Part shown: positions 1 through 9,111 of the stretch, piece by piece
Layout: each line of letters begins with the position of its first letter
How positions within the stretch are numbered: the stretch's first letter is position 1
Assembly (NCBI GenBank): GCA_035504415.1
Contig: DATJRY010000017.1
Span: forward strand, 461,263 to 525,262
Direction of reading: 5' to 3'
DNA length: 64,000 nt
From: Candidatus Sulfotelmatobacter sp.
GTDB lineage: Bacteria; Vulcanimicrobiota; Vulcanimicrobiia; Vulcanimicrobiales; Vulcanimicrobiaceae
The notes under the pieces: model-generated
Seen by the model: only the letters and a program-made list of their open reading frames with translations
Databases searched by the model: none
What the model was told of the DNA's origin: nothing
Position numbers and translations under genes: made by a program

Positions 1-209
1 GTCTGCACGAGGCTGCCGCGTGTGACCGGGGCGGTGAAGTAGCCGACGGCGCGGCCGCCGCGCAGCCGCAGGACCAGCGCCAGCGCCGCCAGCGCCAGCA
101 ACAGCGCGAGCCCGGCCCACAGCAGCAACGGGCGCCGGCGCGAGCGCGGCGGCGGTGGCGGCGGAAGCGGTGAGAGCCCGGGCTGCGCGGGCGCGACGGT
201 CAGGTGCAT
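1..209 (-). CDS. Efflux RND/ABC transporter periplasmic adaptor (membrane fusion protein), N-terminal part; runs off the window edge
   Basis: Manual translation from ATG at 209: MHLTVAPAQPGLSPLPPPPPRSRRRPLLLWAGLALLLALAALALVLRLRGGRAVGYFTAPVTRGSLVQ. Single TM anchor followed by a 'Y.TAPVTRG.L.Q' start typical of MacA/HlyD adaptors. Confidence 0.6.
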   Translation of the reverse strand, partial: MHLTVAPAQPGLSPLPPPPPPRSRRRPLLLWAGLALLLALAALALVLRLRGGRAVGYFTAPVTRGSLVQ

Positions 210-327
210 GGCCGCAGCGTAGAGCCTGCGGATGGCGAAGCCGTGAACGTCGTACGAAGGCGCGCGGACCGCGCGTTCACGCGCTCTTCGCGCCGGTGGC
301 CGAACGGCCGCGCGTGCGGGTGAGCGG

Positions 328-1275
328 CTAGCCGGCGCGCAGGGAGGGCATCAGCCTCTCGGCGTTGCCGCGGCCGATCTGCGCCAGCGCCGCAGCATCG
401 AAGCCGCAGCGCTCGAGCGCACCGACGTATTCGCCCGCGCTGCGGAACGGATAGTCCGTCCCGAACAGGATCTGCGCCGGCGGCACGAGCTGGCGCAGCG
501 AGGACATCGCGCCCAAGTTCGACGACTGCGCGGTGTCGTAGAAGAAGCGCACCAGCTCGTGCTGCGCGCCGAACGGCAGCGCGCCGTGCATCGCCGGACT
601 GGCGCCCAGCATCGCGAAGCGCTCGATCATGAACGGCATCGAGCCGCCGGCGTGGCAGAAGATGAAGCGAATGCGGCGGTATCGCGCGGCAGCCCCCCCG
701 AAGAGCAAGCTCGCGATCGTGCGGCTGGTGTCGGTCCCGTACTCGACGACGCTGTCGGGGACGCCCGGCACGAGTCCCGTACAGCACGCGTTGCCGATCG
801 GGTGCACGAACGCCACGACTCCGCGCCGGTCCAGTTCCGCCAGCACCGGTGCGAAGGACGCATCGCCGAGCCAGCGCCGCCCGTAGCTGGTGAACAGCGC
901 GATCCCGTCGGCATGGAGCGCGTCGAGCGCGTAGGCGATCTCGGCCAGCGTTCCCTCGACGTCGGGCATCGGAACGGCGGCGAACAGCCCCAGCACGCCC
1001 GGGTGCGAGCGGGTCAGCGCGGCACCGGCCTCGTTGCAGGTGCGGACCAGCGCGCCCGCCGCGGATGCGTCGCCGAAGAAGAAGCCGGGTGCCGTGATCG
1101 AGAGGACCGCCGACGTGACGCCGCCGCGCGCCATGTCGGCGAGCGAGCGGTCCACGGTCCAGTTCCGCAGCACCGGCTGGAGCGGCACGTTGCGTCGCTC
1201 CATCTCCTCGACGTACGGAGGCGGAGCGAAATGATGGTGAACGTCGAGCCGCCCGCTCGGACCGCCGACCGGCAT
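328..1275 (-). CDS. Amidohydrolase family protein (amidohydro_2, ACMSD/decarboxylase-like)
   Basis: DVHHH metal motif, FVHP, CHAGG, YDTA and FGTDYPF motifs. Confidence 0.9.
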   Translation of the reverse strand: MPVGGPSGRLDVHHHFAPPPYVEEMERRNVPLQPVLRNWTVDRSLADMARGGVTSAVLSITAPGFFFGDASAAGALVRTCNEAGAALTRSHPGVLGLFAAVPMPDVEGTLAEIAYALDALHADGIALFTSYGRRWLGDASFAPVLAELDRRGVVAFVHPIGNACCTGLVPGVPDSVVEYGTDTSRTIASLLFGGAAARYRRIRFIFCHAGGSMPFMIERFAMLGASPAMHGALPFGAQHELVRFFYDTAQSSNLGAMSSLRQLVPPAQILFGTDYPFRSAGEYVGALERCGFDAAALAQIGRGNAERLMPSLRAG

Positions 1276-1332
1276 GTCCGCGAGACTCCGTGGCTGCGTC
1301 GATGAACTCCTGGCCCGAGCGGGGAAGCGGCG

Positions 1333-2217
1333 CTACCGCGTGCGCGTCACCTCGCCGGTCGCGCCGCCCGCGTGGACGCCGAGCGGCGCCCGCACCACCA
1401 CCACCGGGACGTGCGCGCGCTGGAGCAGATCGGCCGCCACACTGCCCAAGAAAAAGCGCGGCATCGCCGCCCGTCCGTTGGTGCCGGTGACGATCAGCGA
1501 CGCATCGCAGCTCCGGCTCTCGGCGACGATCTGCTCACCCGGATCGCCGCTGCGCACGATGGTCGTGCACGGGACGCCGTCGTCGTAGACGTGGCGCTTC
1601 GCGACGGCCAGGGTCTCGCTGCCGATGCCGGGCGGCAGCCCCGGTTCGACGACCATGATCAGTCGCAGCGCGACGTTCCGTGCGCGCGCAATCGCGATCG
1701 CGGTTTCGAGTGCCGCGCGCGCCGGCAGTGAGCCGTCGATCGCGACGACGACCGGTCCGCGTCCCGACGCATCGCCGACGTGGCAGGCGATGACGGGGAC
1801 GTCGCTGCGCCGCATCAGCCCTTCGGCAAAGCTGCCCAGCAGCGTGTGCGCGAGACCCGTGCGCGCGTGCGTCCCGATGACGATCGCCTCGCTCCGCGTG
1901 CCGCGCACGACGTCCTCGACCACGCGTTCGCGCGATCCGACCACGACGTATGCCTCGGCGCCGATACCGCGCTTGCGCGCCATCGCGCAAGCGGCGTCGC
2001 AGTAGAATTGCCCCTCCTCGCGCAGCGTTTCGACCAGCGGGTCGAAGCCGGCGCCGGCGCCCTCGGCGAGCGGCAACAGGCTCTCGGACGGGTCGACGGC
2101 GTGACAGAAGGTCACCGAACCGCCGCCTGCGGCAAGCTCGAGAGCGAAGCGCACTCCTTCGCCCGACGAGGCCGTCCCGTCGACGGGGACGGTGAGGCGC
2201 GAAAATGCAGGCCTCAT
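1333..2217 (-). CDS. Universal stress protein with two USP domains
   Basis: Two USP repeats: VPVDG...IVIGTHARTG...GSFAE and VAIDGS...IVTGTNGR...GSVAADLL. ATG overlaps the stop of the upstream BON gene. Confidence 0.9.
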   Translation of the reverse strand: MRPAFSRLTVPVDGTASSGEGVRFALELAAGGGSVTFCHAVDPSESLLPLAEGAGAGFDPLVETLREEGQFYCDAACAMARKRGIGAEAYVVVGSRERVVEDVVRGTRSEAIVIGTHARTGLAHTLLGSFAEGLMRRSDVPVIACHVGDASGRGPVVVAIDGSLPARAALETAIAIARARNVALRLIMVVEPGLPPGIGSETLAVAKRHVYDDGVPCTTIVRSGDPGEQIVAESRSCDASLIVTGTNGRAAMPRFFLGSVAADLLQRAHVPVVVVRAPLGVHAGGATGEVTRTR

Positions 2218-2735
2218 GGCGTCACGCGAGACCCGGCGCCGGAACGGTTCGCGAAGGCGCCTCGAAGGTCGTCACGCAGCCGCGGGGTGGACCGGTCTTC
2301 CTGGACCAGAATCTCGTTGGCGACGCCGCGCACGCCCACCATCCGCCGCACGTCGTGCGCGGCGTTGTCCTTCTGGTAGTGCCAGTCGACCACGCCCGAG
2401 AGCGTCAGCCAGCCATTGGTAACGGTGACGACGACGCTGTCGGCGGGGATCGTGACGTCGTAGGCCAGCGCGTCGGCGGCGCTGCGCGCGATGTCGGCGT
2501 CGGAGCGCCGGTGCAGTACGGGAAGGTCGACCGTCAGCTCATCGGCGATGCCGTCCAGGCCGCTGACGCGCCGGCACGCCGCCTCCGCGGCGAGCTTTTG
2601 CGCGTAGCTGGCGACGGTCCCGGTCAGGGTCACGATCCCGTTCTTGGCGATGACGCCGATACGGGCGGCGTCGATGCTGGGATCGAGCGCCAGCGCGTCG
2701 ATCACGTCTCGCTGCAACGTGGTGTCGCTGTCCAT
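2214..2735 (-). CDS. BON-domain (OsmY-like) protein
   Basis: Start MDSDTTLQRDV follows an AGGAGG RBS. Two BON domains (GIVTLTGTV..YAQK.AAE; GWLTLSGVVDWHYQK). Confidence 0.85.
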   Translation of the reverse strand: MDSDTTLQRDVIDALALDPSIDAARIGVIAKNGIVTLTGTVASYAQKLAAEAACRRVSGLDGIADELTVDLPVLHRRSDADIARSAADALAYDVTIPADSVVVTVTNGWLTLSGVVDWHYQKDNAAHDVRRMVGVRGVANEILVQEDRSTPRLRDDLRGAFANRSGAGSRVTP

Positions 2736-2937
2736 CGTCGAAACATCCTCCTCGTCGAGAGCTCGAGCTGTGCCACGATGCTCTCGCTCCGCTTGGAAGA
2801 GCCGATGAACGCGGCGTGAAGGCCGGTGCGCGGGCGGGCGGACGAAACGGAACGACGACCTTCGCGCGGCCTTCACGCCGGCTTCTCGTCGATCGGCTTC
2901 GCTGTGTCCAAGCACCCGTCAGGAGGGAGCGTCGTCG

Positions 2938-3447
2938 ATGGCCAGCAGCGCGCGCATTCGTACCGTGATCCGCGATTGGGTCGCCGCCTCCGGCGGCGTC
3001 CTCGCGCGGCTGCTCCCGGCCGCTGCACCGACGCGGGACGGCGTGCCGCACATGCTGCGCGACCCGTCGGCGAGCGCCGTCGTGGTGAGCTGCGAGCTCC
3101 CGCTCACCGCGCCCGCCGTGGTGGCGCTGGTCGAACGCGAAGCCGGACGGCTGCAAGCCGAGGTGAGCCCGAACCGCGTCGTGCTGACGTGTACGCGGAC
3201 CGGCCCGGACAGCTTCGCCGTCGCCCTGGACGGGCAGCACGAAGGCCGCTGCGAGCCGATGTTCGAGGGAACGATTCGCGCCGACGGGATCGACGCCGGG
3301 CGGACGCGCCTGGTCATCAGTGGGCGCGCCGTGCGCAACGCGTCCGCCGCGGTTGAGCTCGACCTCGCCTACGTCGAAGGGCGGCTCCGCCGCATTCTCG
3401 AGCTGCTGGTTCGCCGCGCGGAACCGCGGCTCACGAGCCGCGCTTGA
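2938..3447 (+). CDS. Hypothetical protein
   Basis: 169-aa ORF with AGGAGG RBS and GC3-biased codons; no recognised motif. Confidence 0.5.
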   Translation: MASSARIRTVIRDWVAASGGVLARLLPAAAPTRDGVPHMLRDPSASAVVVSCELPLTAPAVVALVEREAGRLQAEVSPNRVVLTCTRTGPDSFAVALDGQHEGRCEPMFEGTIRADGIDAGRTRLVISGRAVRNASAAVELDLAYVEGRLRRILELLVRRAEPRLTSRA

Positions 3448-4333
3448 CCGTCTCGAGCTCGTCCAGCGTGCGCGGCCAGTCGCGGCCGAGCAGACGCGAG
3501 AGGCTGCGATCGGCCAGCACGCGCCGGCCGGTCTGGCAGTTGGCACAGTAGTTGGTCTCGTTGTCCGCGTAGCGGATGCGCTGGATCGGCTCGCCGCAAA
3601 CCGGGCACGGCCGGCCGTAGCGGCCGTGCACGGCCATGTCGTCGCGAAACGCCGTCACCTTCTCGGGGAAACCGTCCCGCGCTTCGGCCTTGAACTTCTC
3701 GGTCCACGCGCGCAGCGTCGCGCGCGTCGCGTCGTAGAGGCGCTGCCACTCCGGATCGCTCAACGCGCGCGTGAGCGCGATCGGCGAGAGGCGCGCGGCG
3801 TGCAGGATCTCGTCGGAGTACGCGTTGCCGATCCCGCTCAGGAAGCGCGGATCGGTGAGCGCGCGCTTGAGGGTGCGGTTCTCGCGTGTGAGCGCGGCGC
3901 GAAAGGCGGGCAAGTCGGCGGCGAAGACGTCGATCCCGCCCGGATCGAGCGCTTCGAGCGCCTCCACGCCGCGCACCAGGTACAGCGAGGCGCGGCGCTT
4001 CGTCCCGGCTTCGGTCAGCACCAGCGAGCCGTCGGGAAAGTCGAACGCCGCCAACGCGTTGCGGCCGGCCAGCTTCGCGCCCGCCGCGCGCCAGTGCAGC
4101 CGGCCTGCGATCATGAGGTGGAGCACCAGCCACAGGTCGCCCTCCAAACCGATCGCGATGCGCTTGCCGACCCGGCGCAGCGCGCGCACGGTGCGGCCGT
4201 CGACGGCGCCGATCGGCGGATCGGCGGTGCGCAGCAGAAACGGGTTGGCCAGCCGGACGCGCTCGAGCGGCCGGCCGACGATGCGCGGCTCCAGCGCGCT
4301 GATGTACGCCTCGACGTCGGGCAGCTCCGGCAT
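3431..4333 (-). CDS. Fpg/Nei family DNA glycosylase/AP lyase
   Basis: N-terminal MPELPDV, RRVGKR (catalytic Lys), H2TH 'GIGNAYSDEIL', zinc finger CPVC...CANCQ. Confidence 0.92.
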   Translation of the reverse strand: MPELPDVEAYISALEPRIVGRPLERVRLANPFLLRTADPPIGAVDGRTVRALRRVGKRIAIGLEGDLWLVLHLMIAGRLHWRAAGAKLAGRNALAAFDFPDGSLVLTEAGTKRRASLYLVRGVEALEALDPGGIDVFAADLPAFRAALTRENRTLKRALTDPRFLSGIGNAYSDEILHAARLSPIALTRALSDPEWQRLYDATRATLRAWTEKFKAEARDGFPEKVTAFRDDMAVHGRYGRPCPVCGEPIQRIRYADNETNYCANCQTGRRVLADRSLSRLLGRDWPRTLDELETVKRGS

Positions 4334-4404
4334 CGCTCGACGACCTTGGCAGGCGAAACGCGCGGCTCCTGGGGGCCGGCGCGGTCGACGGGGAAGGAGG
4401 CGGC

Positions 4405-4626
4405 ATGGACGAGGACGCGCGCGACGAGGCCACCTCGACGCTGCCGAAGTACCGGCAGCCCGGCTTCATGGAGAAAGAGCTCTCGCTCTACCAGGCCGCG
4501 CGGGCGGCGACGATCTCGGTTCGGCGCTATGGCGACAACACGATTCCCATCACGGCGGTGACGCCGGTCGACGCTCCGAACGCGATCGCGCCGGTCGAAG
4601 ACTTCAACGACCCGAACGACCGTTGA
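4405..4626 (+). CDS. Small hypothetical protein (73 aa)
   Basis: Strong AAGGAGG RBS; its stop overlaps the TTG start of the helicase (TTGA). Confidence 0.6.
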   Translation: MDEDARDEATSTLPKYRQPGFMEKELSLYQAARAATISVRRYGDNTIPITAVTPVDAPNAIAPVEDFNDPNDR

Positions 4627-6569
4627 GCGTCGACGAGCACGATCCGCATCGCGCGGCCGCTGCGGCGCGCGCGTCGCTCAAGCGCGCCGTCAAACGGTTG
4701 GGCTGGGTGCTGGTCGACGCGGCGACGGTCGAGGTGCGCGTCGAGCGCGCGGTCACGGTCGGCTCGCGCACGATCGTCGTTCGCGGCCGCGTGCCGATCG
4801 ACGTCCCGGCCGAGTTGACGCCGGAGGCCGCCGCGGCCGCCGTCGCACCCCTGGTCGACCCGACGGTCGCGCAGTTCGCGCACGCGATGCGGCGTGCGGT
4901 CGGTACGATCCTCACCGACCCCGACGACGTTACGCAGACGCGCACGTTCGATCGGCCCTCGTTCTTCTCGGCGCTCGAAGAGGCGCGGCGTTTTCTGCTC
5001 GACGCCTGGCGCGCGCTCGAGAACCGGCGCGTCGACGAGCGCGTCGAGGCCGAGCTCGGGCTGCGCTTCTACCTCGAGGGCCTGGGCGGCGCGGAACGCA
5101 CGCTCGAGTATTTCGTCGGCCCGACCAACTCGGGCAAGACGCACGCCGCGCTCGAGCTGCTGGCGGCCGCTGAGAGCGGGATGTATCTGGCTCCCTTGCG
5201 ACTGTTGGCACTCGAGGTCTACGAGCGCCTGATCGAGTGGGGCGGGCGCGCGTCCCTCGTCACCGGTGAGGAGCGCATCCTCGAAGCCGGCGCGCGCCAC
5301 GTCAGCTCGACGGTCGAGATGGTCGATCTGACGCGCGAGGTCGAGGTCGCGGTCGTCGACGAGGTCCAGCTGCTGGCGGACGAGCAGCGCGGCTGGGCTT
5401 GGACGCTCGCGATCGCCGCGGTCCGCGCCAAGCACGTCATCCTGTGCGGCTCGGAAGACGGGCTGCGCGCCGCGACGCGTTTGGCCGAGCGGCTCGGTAC
5501 GACGATCGCGGTGCGGCGCTTCGAACGCAAGAACCCGCTACGCGTCGTGCCGGCGGCGGGGGTGAGCGGCTTGCAGCCGGGCGACGCCGTGATCGCGTTC
5601 TCGCGGCGCGCCGTCATCGAGTATCAGCAGCAGGTCGTGCGCGCGGGCCTGGGGTCGGCGGTGATCTACGGCTCGCTCTCGCCCGGTGTGCGCCGTCGCG
5701 AAGCGGAGCGGTTTCGCACCGGCGCAGCGCAGGTCGTCGTCGCGACCGATGCGATCGGCCTGGGCCTGAACCTGCCGATTCGGCGCGTCGTCTTCGCGGC
5801 GGTGCGCAAGTTCGACGGCGTCGCGACGCGGAACCTCACCGCCGCCGAGATCCGCCAGATCGCCGGCCGCGCCGGCCGCTACGGGTTGCACGAGGAAGGG
5901 CTGGTGACCGCGCTCGACGCGCGCGACGTCGGCCTGATTCGCCGCGCGGTCGAAGGACGTGCGCCGGAGGCGCCGGACGGTCCGCTCTGGATCTCGCCGA
6001 CCGACGAGCACCTGCGGCGACTCGGAGCGATCATCGGCACGACGCGGGTCAGCCGCCTGCTGGACTTCTTTCGCACCCGCGTCCTCGCGAACGATGCGCA
6101 GCTGCGGATCGCCGACGTGAGCGCGCAGATCGACGTGGCGCTGGCGCTCGAGCTCGCTGACGGCTTCCTCGCGCTGCCGTTTGAGACGCGCGCGGTGTAC
6201 AGCCGGGCGCCGGTGTCGACGCGCGGCCCGAGCCTGGACGTGCTGGCCCGCTGGGGCGCGGCGCACGCGCGCGAGGGCGTCGTGGCCGGCGACGAGCTGG
6301 CGCGCTTGGGCGGACGCGACCGGCTCATGATCGACGAGGACCGCTCGCGCTTGGCGACGTTGTATCTCTGGTTAGCGCAGCGCTTCCCCGACGTGTACGT
6401 GAACGCCCACTTCATCGCGGAGCTGCGGGACGAAGCCGACGCGGGGATTCAAGCGACGCTGCGCGCACGGGGCTCGCACGCGCCGCACGCGACGGTTCCA
6501 CCGCCGCGCCGCACAATCGTGCGCCGGCCGCCACGCCCGTCGTATCCGAAGCCGCGTCGCCGGCACTGA
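4623..6569 (+). CDS. SUV3-like ATP-dependent RNA/DNA helicase (SF2)
   Basis: GPTNSGKT, YLAPLRLLA, VDEVQ, ATDAIGLGLNLP and QIAGRAGR motifs are characteristic of Suv3. Start inferred at TTG 4623, not 3771. Confidence 0.9.
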   Translation: MSVDEHDPHRAAAAARASLKRAVKRLGWVLVDAATVEVRVERAVTVGSRTIVVRGRVPIDVPAELTPEAAAAAVAPLVDPTVAQFAHAMRRAVGTILTDPDDVTQTRTFDRPSFFSALEEARRFLLDAWRALENRRVDERVEAELGLRFYLEGLGGAERTLEYFVGPTNSGKTHAALELLAAAESGMYLAPLRLLALEVYERLIEWGGRASLVTGEERILEAGARHVSSTVEMVDLTREVEVAVVDEVQLLADEQRGWAWTLAIAAVRAKHVILCGSEDGLRAATRLAERLGTTIAVRRFERKNPLRVVPAAGVSGLQPGDAVIAFSRRAVIEYQQQVVRAGLGSAVIYGSLSPGVRRREAERFRTGAAQVVVATDAIGLGLNLPIRRVVFAAVRKFDGVATRNLTAAEIRQIAGRAGRYGLHEEGLVTALDARDVGLIRRAVEGRAPEAPDGPLWISPTDEHLRRLGAIIGTTRVSRLLDFFRTRVLANDAQLRIADVSAQIDVALALELADGFLALPFETRAVYSRAPVSTRGPSLDVLARWGAAHAREGVVAGDELARLGGRDRLMIDEDRSRLATLYLWLAQRFPDVYVNAHFIAELRDEADAGIQATLRARGSHAPHATVPPPRRTIVRRPPRPSYPKPRRRH

Positions 6570-6610
6570 CGGGAAGGCCGTGCTCGCGCGCGCTGCGAAT
6601 GCGCGCCGGG

Positions 6611-7525
6611 ATGAAGCTACGCGCCGCGAGTTTCGCTCTGTGCTTGAGCGTTACCGCAATCGCCGCTGCGCCCGCGCGCACGCCGGCAGTCAGGCCGGCG
6701 ACGACCACCTCGCCGTCGCCGAAGCCAAAGCCGACGCCGCATCTGAGCAAGTGGCAACAGCACGAGCTGGAGATGTATCGCGCTTCCGCGCCGGCCGACG
6801 AGTATTTCGGCCGGATGAAGATGAGCTTTCTCGGCATGAACAACACGTTTCATGACGCCGCAATCACGGCGGGCGACCACACGACCAATCCCGCGATCAT
6901 CGCCAAGGTCGCGTTCGCCGAAGAAGCGCTCGACGCGTGGGGTCGCAAATATCCGCACGATCCACAGTTGGCGCGCACGTACTTCTTGGCAACGGTCGTC
7001 GACCGCAAGATCTGGGTAAAAGCGAACCAAGATCGCGCCTGGGTCTACCTCAACCGGCTCGTGCAGCTGTTCCCGGACTCGTATTTCGGCAAGCTGGTCA
7101 AGCGCGATCTCGTCGTCGGCTTCACCGAGCATTACTACGCCGATCCCGTGCCGTGCCCGGCGCCGACCGATACGCCGACGCCGACCCCCGAACCCACCGT
7201 GTCGCCCTCGCCGACACCGGAGCCGCGTCGCGGGCATCGTGAGCCGCCGCCGACGCCCACGCCGACCCCCACCGCGACGCCGACCCTCGAGCCCACGCCG
7301 AGCCCGACGCCGACGCCGACCGTCACCACGCCGGCACCGCATCTGACGATCGTCGTGCTGCCGCAAGCCTGCGTGCCGCCCGCCACGCCGAAGCCCACGC
7401 CCTCGCCGTCCGCCATGCCGACGCTGACGGCCGCACCGGCGGCACCCGTCGAGACGCCGAGCGGCACGCCGCTACCGGCTCCCCCGGCACCGACGCCGGG
7501 GCCGACGATTTCGCCACACCCCTAG
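6611..7525 (+). CDS. Secreted protein with helical N-domain and long Pro/Thr-rich tail
   Basis: Signal peptide, APADEYFGRMKMSFLG motif, then extensive PT/PS repeats. Start could be 6599. Confidence 0.75.
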   Translation: MKLRAASFALCLSVTAIAAAPARTPAVRPATTTSPSPKPKPTPHLSKWQQHELEMYRASAPADEYFGRMKMSFLGMNNTFHDAAITAGDHTTNPAIIAKVAFAEEALDAWGRKYPHDPQLARTYFLATVVDRKIWVKANQDRAWVYLNRLVQLFPDSYFGKLVKRDLVVGFTEHYYADPVPCPAPTDTPTPTPEPTVSPSPTPEPRRGHREPPPTPTPTPTATPTLEPTPSPTPTPTVTTPAPHLTIVVLPQACVPPATPKPTPSPSAMPTLTAAPAAPVETPSGTPLPAPPAPTPGPTISPHP

Positions 7526-7557
7526 TCGGGCCGCCTCAGCGGGAGTACCATCAGCGC

Positions 7558-7995
7558 ATGCGTTGGCTTTCGATCATCGGCGTGCTCGCCGCAGTCGCGC
7601 CGCGCGCCGTGGGCGCGCAGGCGCCCGCACCAATCGCCGTCACCTCCTGCACGGTACTGCAATATCAACCAGTGCGCGCGCATCCGTTCTGGAACCCGTG
7701 GTTCGTTCCGCCGAACGGCAGCCCGTACACCGACGGCCTGCAGATTACGTACGTCAATCGCAGCAGCCAACCGGCGACCCGCGTCGCGTTCTTGGTGAAC
7801 TACCGCGGCGCCGTCGAGCACGTCGTCGACGAGGGAACGTTCTCGCCCGGCGTGTCGATCACGCACACGTTCGGCCAGTTCAACGGCTATGCATATCTCG
7901 GCCCGCGGCCCAACGTGTGCCGGCCGGTCGCGGTTCGCTTCGCGGACGGCTCGATCTGGCGCGCGCCCGGCATCACCCGCTCCTCGACGCGCTGA
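7558..7995 (+). CDS. Secreted hypothetical protein (beta-rich, two Cys)
   Basis: Signal peptide MRWLSIIGVLAAVAPRAVGA, GGAG RBS, typical codon bias. Confidence 0.75.
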   Translation: MRWLSIIGVLAAVAPRAVGAQAPAPIAVTSCTVLQYQPVRAHPFWNPWFVPPNGSPYTDGLQITYVNRSSQPATRVAFLVNYRGAVEHVVDEGTFSPGVSITHTFGQFNGYAYLGPRPNVCRPVAVRFADGSIWRAPGITRSSTR

Positions 7996-8007
7996 GCGCC
8001 GCTCGTC

Positions 8008-8859
8008 TCAGGCGCTGCTCCCCCCGAGGAGTGCGATCTTCTCGGCGGTGTCGCTGCCGGTTTGCGGAGAGAACAGAACCAGCTTGAGCCCCGGCTGCTC
8101 GACGACGTCGAATTGCTTGAACCGCAGCAGCAGCTCGCCGGCGCGGTCGTGCTCGACCGGCTGCAGCACTTCGTGGATCTCGTCGACCGCATACTCCGCC
8201 CACCACTTCACGAACAGCGGGCTGATCGCGTTGAGCTGCTCGGCCAGCGCGGCGAATGACGGCGGCGCGCCGCGCCGCGCGTACGTCATGCGAAAGTCCG
8301 CGACGCACGCGCGCGCCAGAGGTTCGAAATTCGCAAGGTGTGCCGGCCCCCATTCCTGGCGCAGCAGCCGCCAGAGGAAGTTGCGCTCGAGGGCCTGCGC
8401 ATTCGGCCGCATCCCGAAGATCGCGGCGAATTCCCGGTTCCAGACCAAGATGTCGTACCGTCCGTTGCGCACGAACGCCGGACAGCGGAACTCGTCGACG
8501 ACGTCGCGCAGCGACGGTTGCTCGCCGACGTCGTCGGCGACGTCCGGATGTTGCGGCGGGCGGCCCGCCAGCTCGAAGAGATACTGCGTCTCCACCGTGT
8601 TGAGTTGAAGGACCGCGGCGATGTTGCTGAGGACGCGCACCGACGGGCGAATGTCGCGGCCCTGTTCGAGCCAGGTGTACCAGGTCGAGCCGACGTTGGC
8701 GAGCTCGGCCACTTCCTCGCGGCGCAGGCCGACGGTGCGACGCTTCCCGTTTGCCATGAACCCGTACGTACTCGGTGTGATTTGCTTGCGTTTGGTTCGC
8801 AAGAACGTCGCCAACTCTGATCGCGCGTTACCCGTGTTCGCGTCCGTTGAGCAACTCAT
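8008..8859 (-). CDS. XRE-family HTH regulator with MmyB-like ligand-binding domain
   Basis: ELATFLRTKR...RRTVGLRREEVAELANVGSTWYTWLEQGR and PAFVRNGRYDILVWN. Confidence 0.92.
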   Translation of the reverse strand: MSCSTDANTGNARSELATFLRTKRKQITPSTYGFMANGKRRTVGLRREEVAELANVGSTWYTWLEQGRDIRPSVRVLSNIAAVLQLNTVETQYLFELAGRPPQHPDVADDVGEQPSLRDVVDEFRCPAFVRNGRYDILVWNREFAAIFGMRPNAQALERNFLWRLLRQEWGPAHLANFEPLARACVADFRMTYARRGAPPSFAALAEQLNAISPLFVKWWAEYAVDEIHEVLQPVEHDRAGELLLRFKQFDVVEQPGLKLVLFSPQTGSDTAEKIALLGGSSA

Positions 8860-9032
8860 GTCCGCTCCCCACGCTGGACATCCGACAGCTACCGTATCAG
8901 GCTACCACTAGCATTGGGTAGGGACAAGTATAGAGCGCCGGTCACCGTGCAATCGGGACACGTGTAGTGTTGCTCGACGCTACGGGACCTCGCGCCCACG
9001 CTGGTCTTGGCCCAGTGACCGAGCGCGAATGT

Positions 9033-9090
9033 ACTAAGGCCTTAGTTGACAAGTCGCGGCTGAGGCGCTAGGGTGTACTAAAGCCTTAGT
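9033..9090 (+). promoter_or_regulatory. Sigma70 promoter flanked by two BlaI/CopY-type operator palindromes
   Basis: -35 TTGACA (9046-9051), 17-bp spacer, -10 TAGGGT (9069-9074). Palindromes ACTAAGGCCTTAGT (9033-9046, perfect) and ACTAAAGCCTTAGT (9077-9090). Confidence 0.8.
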
Positions 9091-9111
9091 AGTCTCGCCG
9101 TGAGGTGTCCG

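Noticed and set aside
3771-4622. N-terminal extension of the 932-aa helicase ORF
   Set aside because: It overlaps the Fpg/Nei gene antisense and the 73-aa ORF, and is Arg/Ala/Ser-rich shadow translation. Similar over-extensions at 17046-19412, 21547-24219, 24221-27034 and 59267-61561 were trimmed.
7150-7520. CRISPR array or DNA tandem repeat (also 15420-15545)
   Set aside because: These are CCGACG-type codon repeats encoding Pro/Thr/Ser linkers, with no constant repeat-spacer period. No cas genes are in the window.
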